A DNA stretch of 64,000 bases from Octopus sinensis (taxonomy: Eukaryota), in contig NW_021832432.1 of NCBI RefSeq assembly GCF_006345805.1, forward strand, positions 62,001 to 126,000, read 5' to 3'. Shown piece after piece: positions 53,177 to 64,000 of the stretch. The translations under genes were made by a program, and so were the position numbers. Position 1 is the stretch's first letter. Each line of letters opens with the position of its first letter. Under the pieces are notes generated by a model. The model made no database searches. It was not told the DNA's origin and saw nothing but the letters and a program-made list of their open reading frames with translations.

Positions 53177-53345
53177 AAGTTAATCCAAATATGAAAACAC
53201 AAAGAGAAAACACAACAACGCGAGGACGTGGAACAAATATAGTATTATTGGACGCTCAGGAAGGAAGGAAAGAAGGAGGGTTTAACGTTTCGAGCGGAGC
53301 TCTTCGTCAGAAACATAGGAAAAGGAAAGATCCAAAGAAGGGAAG
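53177..53345 (-). mobile_element. Penelope-like-element-derived terminal repeat carrying a hammerhead; truncated second copy at about 8871-8940
   Basis: The segment aagttaatccaaa(c/t)atgaaaacacaaagagaaaacacaacaacgcgaggacgtggaacaaatatagta recurs at 8871. Hammerhead cores are typical of PLE ends. Confidence 0.5.
53280..53314 (-). ncRNA. Minimal type I hammerhead ribozyme motif (Penelope-type)
   Basis: GUUU-CUGACGA-A-GAGC-UCC-GCUC-GAAAC-GUU|AAAC. Same core as the 2186 motif with different but perfectly paired stems I and II. Confidence 0.72.
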
Positions 53346-53524
53346 ACATGTATGTATGCATGTATGTATGTATGCATGTCACACGCTGTCATCTTTATGA
53401 AAAGGAATGATTTAGATCAAATGATTACTCCATTAACATGTATACACATACATTTATGGCATTACGCACACGAATGAAAGTAACTTAACCCTACAACAAC
53501 TATATTTGTGACTAAACCAAATTC

Positions 53525-53540
53525 ATGCTTTTTCTTATCT

Positions 53541-53589
<49 letters not shown>

Positions 53590-54030
53590 TTCTCTCTCTA
53601 CTCTCTCCACACACACACACACGCACGCACGTCTTTCATATCACGTTCTTTCTCGCTGAGGCCTCTTTGTCTTTCTCTTGCTCGCTCTTTCTCACTCTCT
53701 CCCTCTCTCTCTCTCTCTCTTTACACACACACACACACGCACACACGTCTTTCATAGCATACTCTTTCTTGCTCCTCTCTCTTTGTCTCTTCCCTCTCTC
53801 TCTCTCTCTCTCTCTCCACACACACGTCTTTCATATCACTTTCTTTCTCGCTGAGGCCTCTTTGTCTTTCTCTTGCTCGCTCTTTCTCACTCTCTTCCTA
53901 TCTCTCTCTCTTTACACACACACACGCACACACGTCTTTCATAGCATACTCTTTCTTGCTCCTCTCTCTTTGTCTCTCTCCCTCCTCTCTTTCTCTTTCT
54001 CTCCACACACGTCTTTCATATTACGCTCTT
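53525..54030. repeat. Compound (CT)n/(CA)n tract with an about 195-bp duplicated unit
   Basis: gtctttcatatcac...ctcgctgaggcctctttg recurs at about 53631 and 53826. Confidence 0.85.
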
Positions 54031-54741
54031 TCTCGCTCCGCCTTTTACGTTAGGGTTTCATGTTTGCGCTTTTGAGTTAGGATAAAGATTACGTTTAAAC
54101 AGAAACTGAGGAGGGATTTTAAATATTTGAATTTGTGTGCAATTTGCTACAGAATTGAACTTGCATATGTTTGAAATTTGGATATCAAAAAAAAATATAT
54201 TCTTAAAAGATGAAAAATAAAAAGATCAACAAAGTGTTCTTAGTCCGAAGTGTCGCTGAGTGCTTTTTTTTTTTCTAAGCGATTTACAATAAGTTAGTGG
54301 AAGCGTAATGGCCCAGTGGTTAGGGCAGCGGACTCGCGGTCATAGGATCGCGGTTTCGATTCCCAGACCGGGCGTTGTGAGTGTTTATTGAGCGAAAAAC
54401 ACCTAAGAGCTCCACGAGGCTCCGGCAGGGGATGGTGGTGATCCCTGCTGTACTCTTTCACCACAACTTTCTCTCACTCTTACTTCCTGTTTCTGTTGTA
54501 CCTGTATTTCAAAGGGCCGGCCTTGTCACTCTCTGTGTCACGCAGAATATCCCCGAGAACTACGTTAAGGGTACACGTGTCTGTGGAGTGCTCAGCCACT
54601 TACACGTTAATTTCACGAGCAGGCTGTTCCGTTGATTTGGATCAACCGGAACCCGCATCGTCGTAACCGACGGAGTGCTTCCACTATAAGTTAGATAAAG
54701 AGCCTTGCGATGTTACTGTTAATTCTCTGAGTCATTAACTC

Positions 54742-54767
54742 GGACAACGCCGGGTATTTCAGCTAGT
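54742..54767 (+). mobile_element. Possible Helitron 3' terminus
   Basis: GC-rich cggacaacgccggg followed by CTAG|T. No 5' end or Rep/helicase seen. Confidence 0.35.
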
Positions 54768-56903
54768 TATAGGATATACTTTTTACTTACAGGGACGAGA
54801 GGATGGGGTAGTTCCCATGGCTTTCACACGTCCTCCTCAGTCATGTCATTAATATTCCCCTTGAACCATTATAAGCCAACGCCTACCAGAAAGACATGAA
54901 CCGGGAGAAAAATTTTAGAGGCTTGATGTTCTGGGTAGAAAGGACTACGTATAGTGGCTAGACTCAAGGGTTCTGAGAAGAGGGGAAACGAGCGGGTGAG
55001 GAGTACTTGAGTAGTGGTGGTGGTGGTATAAACCGAGTTAGCTCCGTTAAGCAGAAGCCATTACACTAACGGTGGAAAGGTTAAGAGTGGAAACAACGAC
55101 CCTGTGAGCCAGAGACTAGAGCATGTTTGTGAGTGACTTGATGCTAATCAGCCAGGTTGCTATTTGGGGGGGGGCGGACATCCGTGTGTGCAGTAGCAGC
55201 AGAACTGTTCCATATATGAGATTTATATTCATTTGTAGACTATCAATGATTGTTGGGGACCAAAATACCTGCTGGTCCTGAAGAGAAGTCAGTCGTTAGA
55301 ATGTGGTCTAGCTACGTTAATTGAAGTCTCTAGGTAGAGGAGGCACAAGGCCAGTCAACTCCGAAAAATCGAGGCCATTGTAGCAGCAATAGAAAAAATA
55401 AAAAGAGGATACAGTACAACCCTGAGTCAAGAACTGGAGTGTGTTTGTGAGTGGGCTTATGGCAGTCAACTGACCAGTCTTTCCAGGAGCGGACCGAATG
55501 TATTAAGAGCCCTCGGGCATAACTTTTCACCGGGCCCCTTCGCATTGGTATCAAAGAGAGTTAACATGTAGAGTGCGGGCCCCTCAGAGCTCCGGGCTCT
55601 TGGGCAGTGCCCGATTGACCGACGGCTGAGTCCGCCCCTAAGTCTTTCTATGGATGTGGTACGGAATGTTAATGTGTGTAGCAATAACACCGTCCCAAAT
55701 GTGGTTGTAATACTCCATCGTGGGTCTCATTTAAGCTTTGTAATGTAAGTAGTTGTTGAGAGTTGTTAATAATCTGGCCTTGAAGAGAAGAGCTAAGCTT
55801 TTGTGATGTGATCCCAGCGATAAACAAATATATCCATGTTGACAACTTCAATTTGAAATATGATTAAGACATTAAAATTATCTAAACCAGATTTTAAAAA
55901 AAACAAAATTGCTGTTCAAGGGAGATAACCTTTACTCTTCCCCATGTTACAATGAATATTTAACACTTAAAGAGAGCGGTAAAAAATAGGTGGATTTATC
56001 CCTTACCCTTTCTACTATTCTTTTTTCTTTCCTCTTGCTTTGTACGAGTTTTCTTTTTATGAGGATAGGGAAGAAGTATTTGCAGCATCAGTCTTGAACG
56101 CATGCAGATTCTCCTGACCATGAATTAGTTAGCAGAGTTATTTCCCTTGTTCACTGACACACCACAACATTGTAAGCCTCAGAGATTTCATCGTATGTCT
56201 ATGAGGTCAGCATGCCGATGCCTTGACTGCACCGCAATTATACGAATAAATAAATGTTTACCCATTAGAATTTATAAATGTTATTATTAATAGACGTAGT
56301 GAATACAAAAGAACTAGCCTTCAGGATGCAGCAGCGTAATTAACAATGATCCCTTCCAACTAAACCCAAGGCCAATTTACTCTATTTTAACTCTAGGACG
56401 CATAATGGAAAAATAAATCGCATCTAGTAGTTGATACGTGTGTTGTTTTATCGACCTTAGAAAGAGGAAAAGCAAATTTGACTTTGAATTTGATATTAAT
56501 ATATCATTAAATACCTATTCTTTATTACCCACAAGGGGCTAAACACAGAGGGGACAAACAAGGACAGACATAGGTATTAAGTCGATTACATCGACCCCAG
56601 TGCCTAACTGGTACTTAATTTATCGACCCCGAAAGGATGAAAGGCAAAGTCGACATCGGCGGAATTTGAACTCACAACGTAACGCAGACGAAATACCGCT
56701 AAGCATTTCGCCCGGCGTGCTAACGTGTCTGCCAGCTCAAATACCGCAGGCATGTTGGCCGAAGCTCTAGCAATTCGCTCAGCCCACTTAAGAATTTAAA
56801 AATTCATTTGAAGATACAGTAACCTATCGCCATATCGCGGTTTATTATTTAAGCTTGCGTCGATTCCTCCGTGATGTTGTTTTGTCTTTATAATAAAATA
56901 GAT

Positions 56904-57329
56904 GGATCTTTTCGGTTTGAACGGCAGTTTTTAACATAACTTCTGGGTAACTAAAAAATTTTAAACTTCGTATACTGGTAGAATGTGTTTTAAAACATCT
57001 TTTTCTCTTGACTTTATTGAGAAAATTCTATAGTTTGTAAGATATTTGGGTTTTTTTTTTTTTTCAATTTCTGCAATTTCAACCAATCAAATACGTCTAT
57101 TGAGGTAAAAAAAACAAACATTCTGTGCCGTATGAATATGTCCCTCGTTTAAGAAACAGATTGGGTTTATTTACATTTGTGAAGAAGAAAAACAGATACC
57201 CTTCCTCCCACCCCTAACCCTAACCCTAAAACAGATTGAAATGCAATAGATCGATACTAGGGTCATAATTATGGGTGACAATTCATATGACATCGCTAGA
57301 AAAAACTGCCGTTCAAACCGAAAAGATCC
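56904..57329. mobile_element. Non-autonomous Merlin-like MITE (29-bp TIR, 8-bp TSD, internal TAACCC repeats)
   Basis: GGATCTTTTCGGTTTGAACGGCAGTTTTT is a perfect inverted repeat of 57301-57329. AAATAGAT lies on both sides (56896-903, 57330-337). GG termini with an 8-bp TSD fit Merlin. Confidence 0.75.
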
Positions 57330-57642
57330 AAATAGATATATACAAATTATAAAAATGATTTTAAAAAATACGAAATGCAATAGATCGATACTAGGGTCAT
57401 AATTATGGGTGACAATTTCATATGACATCGCTAGAAAAAACTGCCGTTCAAACCGAAAAGATCCAAATAGATATATACAAATTATAAAAATGATTTTTAA
57501 AAATACGAAATGCAATAGATCGATACTAGGGTCATAATTATGGGTGACAATTTCATATGACATCGCTAGAAAAAACTGCCATTCAAACCGAAAAGATCCA
57601 AATAGATATATACAAATTATAAAAATGATTTTAAAAAATACG
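57238..57642. repeat. Tandem triplication, 3 x about 135 bp, spanning the MITE right end and host flank
   Basis: Unit restarts at 57242, 57376 and 57511. It explains the 45-aa repeats in ORF 57171..57869. Confidence 0.95.
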
Positions 57643-58846
57643 GTACAGTACTGGAGTGGCTGTGTGGTAAGTAGCTTGCTAACCATCCACCTGGTTCCGG
57701 GTTCAGTCCCACTGCGTGACATCTTGGGCAAGTGTCTTCTGATATAGCCCCGGGCCGACCAATGCCTTGTGAGTGGATTTGGTAGACGGAAACTGAAAGA
57801 AGCCTGTCGTATATATATATGTATATATATATGCGTGTGTGTGTTTGTTCCCCTAGCATTGCTTGACAACCGATGCTGGTGTGTTTACGTCCCCGTCACT
57901 TAGCGGTTCGGCAAAAGAGACCGATAGAATAAGTACTGGGCTTACAAAGAATAAGTCCCGGGGTCGATATGCTCGACTAAAGGCGGTGCTCCAGCATGGC
58001 CGCAGTCAAATGACTGAAACAAGTAAAAGAGTAAAAGAGAGAGAATACTGTTTCTACTTCGCAGATTTCACCCGCGATAGTCGGGGGATTACTGTATACA
58101 TTTTTAAAGCCATAGAATTTGTAAATATTGGTTTCAAATTTTGACACAAGGTCAACAATTTCGGGGGAGAGGCTAAGTCGATTACATCGAACTTCACGGA
58201 TCAAATTTTCATTCTTTCGAGATCGATAAAATATTTAAAACTCGGCGAAGGTAAAGAATACACAGACCCAGTGTTTAGAGTTAGGGTTGAGGGTTAGTTT
58301 TAGGGTTAGGTTAGGATTTTTGTTACGCTGAAATCAGGTAATTCTCGCTATTTCCGAAAATCTTTTTCATTTCAAAATCCGATATAATCAGAATTTACTC
58401 CACCTGAAAGGAATTTGTAGAAAAATATTTTGCGTTTTAAATTTATTTTATTCTGAAAGTTATGAGAAAACAATGTAGGTGGAGGCATTGCACTCGTGTA
58501 AGTATGCACTTTTTAAGACAAAGGTTGTGATTTGAGGGGGATTTGACTACTATCTATAAAAGATGGAACAACATAAAGGCTTTTTCGTTGGCCCTTTGTT
58601 AAATCAGATGTTGATACATTCGTTTCAGCATGATTTTTTAACCCTGCGTTTAACACTTTTTTTATTTTGCTTGTTTTTATTTTTATTTTTCTGAAGTAGC
58701 TTTTTATAATAACGGGAATTCTAGATCGTGCCATGGGGGAGTGCGAAGTGTTTTAATTAATTATTATTATTATTTTTTATTTTTATTTTAACGAAACACT
58801 AATTAGAATGAGGGGATTTACAAGTGCAGTATACACACATACCCCT

Positions 58847-58894
<48 letters not shown>

Positions 58895-58896
<2 letters not shown>

Positions 58897-59343
58897 TTGT
58901 TTGGCGAACCGCTAAGTCATTTTATCGATCGAGTTTGCCGAACCGCTATATCATTTTATCGATCCCGTTCGGCGGACCGCTAAGTCGATCGCGTTTCTAG
59001 AAACGCTAAGTCATTTTATCGATCATGTTTGGCGAACTGCTAAGTCATTTTATCGATCTCGTTTGTCGAACCCCTAAATCATTTTCTCGATCTCGTTTGG
59101 CGAACCGCTAGATCATTTTATCGATTATTTTTGGCGAACCGCTAGAACATTTTATCGTTTTTGTTTAGCGAAATGCTAAGTCATTTTATCGATCGTGTTT
59201 GGCGAAACGCTAAGTGATTTTATCGATCATGATTGGCGAAACGCTAAGTAATTTTATGGATCATTTTTGGCGAACCGCTAACTCATTTTATCGATCTTGT
59301 TTAGCGAAACGCTAACTCATTTTATCAATCTCGTTTGGCGAAA
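58895..59343. repeat. 34-bp minisatellite, about 13 copies
   Basis: Consensus TTTGGCGAACCGCTAAGTCATTTTATCGATCGTG with period 34 (58905->58939). Confidence 0.93.
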
Positions 59344-59499
59344 AAAATTTTTTTTTTTCTTACACACACGGCTTCGTTTTTTTACTATTGCTTATATTCC
59401 ACAAATTTCTATCATCGTAATCTATACCGTTTGAAAGGCCATGGAGAGTTTTACTTGACATCTATCATTCGTTTCATTTTCAATATCGTCACCTTTTGA

Positions 59500-59900
59500 A
59501 AACTAGTGTTCGAGAATGGAGAATTTCAATATTCGTGAAAATTGAAATTTTGATTATTATGAATGCATCAACACTTCCCATTGTAACAATCAAAAGTCAG
59601 TTGAGTTTCTTCGTTCACACGGAGTATTACTAAACGTAGTGATATGCCCACATTGAAACAACGATGGAAAAATGCCTCACTTCAATAATTTTGAAGATAG
59701 CACGCATAGAAATATATACACATAGAAACATTGAAAGACTTTGGAGAGACATAAAAGAATCAATCCAAAAGCCAGGAATTTAATCAAAATATCTGCAACA
59801 ATATCTTGCAAGATATTGATTTATAACTTCTCAACATGAAGGAAGTCTGTTGCACAAGTTCTTCATGGAGGCAACCAAGTTATACCTTCCTCTCTCGAAT
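59500..59900 (+). mobile_element. Internally deleted Merlin transposase remnant; element may span about 58198-60420
   Basis: EFLRSHGVLLNVVICPH(C) N-terminus lies next to HRNIERLWRDIKE...QQYLARY...LHKFFMEATKLY C-terminus. About 130-160-bp sub-repeats at 60060-60420. Confidence 0.7.
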
Positions 59901-61689
59901 CGTTGCCGTCAAATAATTACAAACCAAGACGAAGGTATGTATCTGTATGTTTGCGCAAATTTTTGTTTTCATATTCATTCGTTTTCCACACATTTTTTTT
60001 TACACATATTAGACCTTTTTTTTCTTCTTTTTTTGCTTGTTTTGACGACTGGGTGCTAAACTAGATCCTGAAAATTATGAAGGAAAAAAACGGATCATGT
60101 GAATTTTTCAACAGTCTTCTCCCCACAAATTTCTTTATAATCGTAATTTATGTTGTTTGAAAGGTGTTTCTGTAAAATTTCATTAAAAGTTGTCCATTTT
60201 CCTGAAAGTTATGTGGGAAAAAAAATCGGATCGTGTGAATTTTCCGACAGTCCTCTCCCCACCCTTTCAGTAAACATTTTCCCCACAAATTTCTTTATAA
60301 TCGTAATCTATGTCATTTGAGCGGTATTTCTATACAATTTCACTAATACATATCCATTTTCCTGAAAGTTATGAGGGAAAAATTGGATCTTGTGAATTTT
60401 CCGAAAGTCCTCTCCCCACCTCACCCCCGTTCGTTTGCGATAATTTTTGTTTTCATATTCGCTTTCTACACATTTTTTTACACCTATTAGACTTGGGGGG
60501 TTTTTTGTTATTTTTTTTTTTTTGCTTTTGTGACCGGGAGTTAAACTATATATTAACCTTTTTGCCTCGCCTCGTAGAGCTTTTGTAATTTGTTAGCAGC
60601 AGTTGATTTCAAATGATCCGTTAAGGAGTAAGTTAGAGTCGCCAGATAAGCAATAGTTAACTGGTTTAACTATTTAAGAGATCTATATAGTATGTCGACC
60701 ATCCTGTACAGATTGGCGGAAATGATTTCCTCAATTCGTTAAATACTTTCGACAGTATTATCCAGGCTAAGTCTTATATTTTAGTTTATTATTAAACAAA
60801 TTATAATAAAATAAAACAAAAGCTTTCTTTAAAAAATCGGATTTTACAGTCACCATTTAGGCGAATTTCCAGCAGTTGACGAGTTCTGTCATCTGGTTCA
60901 CAAAACGAAATATCGCTTCATAACCATTCCACTAAAGTACAGCAGTTGTAAATACGCAAACAATAATCAGTTTGCAGATTCTCAATTGCTTATGCCCGTA
61001 TATACAAATCTGGAGACCGTTCAATTTATTTGATCTCACGTTATTCAATTTCATTTTATTTTAATTTAATTTTTAAGGCGTAAAAAAGAATAAAGCACAA
61101 ACCGGGCTGAAAAAAAAAAAGATTCATGCTGAAACGAATAAGTGTTCCGTTGTTTATACAACTGATAACTACTACGAAGTGATTAACGATAGGAAGAGCT
61201 GAAAGTTCTACTATTAACCACTTAACCGTAAATTAGGAGTGGAATATAATTTTAAGCAATTAGACAAACCGGGGCAATCTGTCACACAAAACAATGGCTG
61301 TAGTAAGATTTGAATTTAATCTGGTATTTTGGCTTCCCAAGATGTATAATTGAAGGAGTCTGCCTGTCTTTAATTTTACTTATTTATTTACTGATTTCTT
61401 GTTTTGTTTTTTTTCTTATATTTTTTTCTCAATTTTCTTAGTTTACTTTTGTATATTGTTCTTTTGCACTGAATCTACTTTATTTGTCAAGAAATCTACT
61501 TTATTAATAGGTACAATTTTAGAAGCTAAGAAGCTTTTTCAACTACTGAGACAAATGAGAGAATTAGTGGAGGATAACCCATTCGAAGAGTCAATGTTGC
61601 GATAGCACTTTTTCTCGCGCTTCCCTTCAAATATACTAGCCATTTTAACACTTATAAGTGGGTAGAGTTGGCTAACTTGGCGGATGGTA

Positions 61690-63500
61690 TTATGGATATT
61701 TCCTCTTCAAATACTTATTCCCCTATGTTTGTCTCTTCTATTTCCTCTAAGTTGGCGATATTTCGTAAGACAACAGAAAACAGCATTCAGGTTTTGACAG
61801 ATAAGCTCAAACACTTGCAATTCTCCAGATATTTTTACACGCTCGAATTCTCATAGCTGAAGGACTTCTAAAGGGCGTTCTTTCAGTCCTCGTAACAGAC
61901 CTACGGTGTTTTGTTGGTATCATAATTGTTTTGGTTTTAATGCACATAAGTCTGTTCAACCATGTCCCTTTAAGTCAACGGTTCAACCACGGGAAAGCGG
62001 CATCATCACTAGGGATTAAGTGCGACTACATCCCTGAGTGACCTTTCGATATGTCGCAGGATTTTTTTTTTTTTCTTTTTTGACACCATTTTTAAGTGTC
62101 GAATCCTAATAGATATAGGAGCAGCTTGTATCATTTGGCCAGGGAAATTCATATGCGATTCATAGAGACCATCAACTAATACATTACAAGCTGTTAACCA
62201 TCCTCCTATTTCCACTTACAATGAGACATCTATGACCTTGTATCTTAATTTGGAGAGTCAGTTCAAGTGGATCTTTACAAATGTGGATTTTCCATATTCT
62301 ATTTTCTGTGCTGAATCTGGTAATGTTGGAGCTTATTCTTCTATGTTCGTCTCTTCTACTTCTTCTAAGTCGGCGATATTTCGTAAGAGCAGAAAGCAGC
62401 ATTCAGGCTTTAACAGATACGCTCAAACACTTGCAATTCTCCAGATATTCTACACGTTCGAATTCTCGTGGCTGGAGTACTTCTCGAATGTGTTTGTAGT
62501 GAGTCAAGGAAACCATATTTCGTTATCGCGGATTAGTGCATTTGTGCTTAGGCAACAGCAGCCGATCAGAGCTGGTGGTGTACCTATAAAATCAGCAGTC
62601 ATAAGCCCTGCAAAGGGGTGTGCCTTTTTTGGCAGTAAGTTAGTAGAAGACTTTGATGTCACAACCGTAGAGGAACAGATCTACATGACCGTCAGCGAAC
62701 AGATCCTACGGCCATCAGCGAACAACATTGCACAACCGTCAGCGAACAGATCTCCACAACCATCAGCAGATAGATCTTGACATTTCACGCCAGCTTTCGT
62801 GCCACCGGTTGTTGCCTGTCCGTTTTCTTACGTCCTTAGCACTGCAAACTTCTATCCTATTTGTGCAATTGTATGTTTTCATTGCTTCCCTCTGACTCCT
62901 ACATATATACGCTCACTTTGCTCAGCACTTGTTAACACTTCCAAATAAATTAATATACCATCTGACATTTATTTCTACATACACTTATTTCCACGTCATA
63001 CTGGGACATTGTTACATTCAAATACGCGACAACCAGCATCGTTACAAACATTTAAAATTATTAAATTGATGACAACTCTAAAACCGTTACACTGGTGAAC
63101 AGTTTCTCTACGAATTATTACACGGTCTTTCAGTCCGCGTAACAGATTTACGTTTTGATGTTAATGCACGTAAGTCTGTTCAACCATGTCCCTTCAAGTC
63201 GTCTGTTCAACCGCGAGAAAACGGCATCGCCAGGGATTAAGTGCGACTGTATCCCTGAGTGACCTTTCGATATATCGCGGACATCATTTCAAAGCGTCGA
63301 ACCTTGATAGATGTAGGAGCAGCATGCAGCATTTGGCCAGGGACATTCTTATGCGATTCGCAGAGAACATCAGCTATTACATTATAAGCTGTTAACCATT
63401 CTCCTATTTCCACTTACAATGAGATATCTATGACTTTGCATCTTAATTTGGAGTGTCAGTTCAAGTGGATACAATTGCGGGTTTTCCATATCCTCTTCTC
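61690..63500 (+). mobile_element. Tandemly arranged, diverged fragments of a probable Tx1/L1-clade LINE 3' region
   Basis: 61700-61870 resembles 62320-62490, and 61880-62290 resembles 63128-63500. SKLAIFRK/SKSAIFRKSRK and RHRQGLSAT resemble Tx1 C-terminal motifs. Confidence 0.45.
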
Positions 63501-64000
63501 CGACTCAGTCCTGCATAATTTTGGTCTTCTTGTAAATTTTAGACACTGGCAATTGATAGATTTGGAAACAGTTTTGTCTGTACAGGATGTGTACAATAAA
63601 ACTGTTACGGTCATTCCCCTTTTCTTTGCATCCGCTGACAAACTAAAATTAGGTATGGTGGAAGGAACCCGGTAAAGAATGTATAAAACAAAAGGCGGTA
63701 ACTTTAACACTTTATTGTGGTCACACGCATATACACAATGGAATGATGAATAGAATGGTTGAACTTTTATAAATATATATATATATATCTACAGGCATCT
63801 GCGTGATTTGTATGTAAGTTGTTAACCTTGGTGAGAAACTCACAAACAGCGATGTAGGAACCAGAGCAGATTTTTTTGTGCTGTGTAGACGTTGACGACG
63901 TTGGTGAGAGACATCTGGTGTGGAGACGAAGATGGAGGTCGCTGCAAGGTGGTCAGTGGTTAGACATTAGAAACTCTAGAATCAACTGAGATTCTTTATT

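Noticed and set aside
54780-55650. GC-richer segment as a gene or hAT/LINE ORF
   Set aside because: There are stops in all frames and no recognisable motif beyond a hAT-like GGGCCC-rich end. Left unassigned.
57171-57869. 232-aa ORF with 45-aa repeats
   Set aside because: It is built from a SINE-B, the 135-bp triplication and a MITE, and has no protein-family signature.
57211-58320. TAACCC/GGGTTA runs as telomere or interstitial telomere
   Set aside because: Only 2-5 imperfect units, located inside transposon-derived elements.
63830-64000. Minus-strand exon ending at a gtgagt donor near the window edge
   Set aside because: Several frames are open, there is no homology or partner exon, and it cannot be supported.

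Overview
AT-rich, microsatellite- and SINE-dense animal genomic DNA. The SINE, RTE and MITE landscape looks like an Octopus (coleoid cephalopod) genome; this is inferred, not verified. Two protein-coding genes lie on the minus strand. (1) A complete 7-exon F-box/LRR gene (FBXL17-like, 549 aa, 50099->30868), reconstructed with consistent GT-AG sites and intron phases. (2) The 5' part of a probable AUNIP-like gene (coding exons 19083->19003 and 5248->5077; promoter near 26.0-26.7 kb; the main 3' exon is probably left of the window). The rest is transposon debris: RTE, HERO and Tx1-like LINEs, Tc1, mariner, piggyBac and Merlin remnants, palindromic MITEs and several tRNA-headed SINE families. The most interesting signals are minimal hammerhead ribozyme folds with covarying stems and palindromic stem III (2186-2231 +, 53280-53314 -), a 13 x 97-bp minisatellite born inside a decayed HERO retrotransposon, a PIP-box-like motif in the AUNIP-like protein, a 4-copy SINE array punctuated by its own target-site duplication, and a Merlin-element cluster with internal tandem arrays. 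No CRISPR array or true tRNA/rRNA gene was found. Nearly all short ORFs in the supplied track are repeat artefacts. Family assignments rest on remembered motifs, not database searches.
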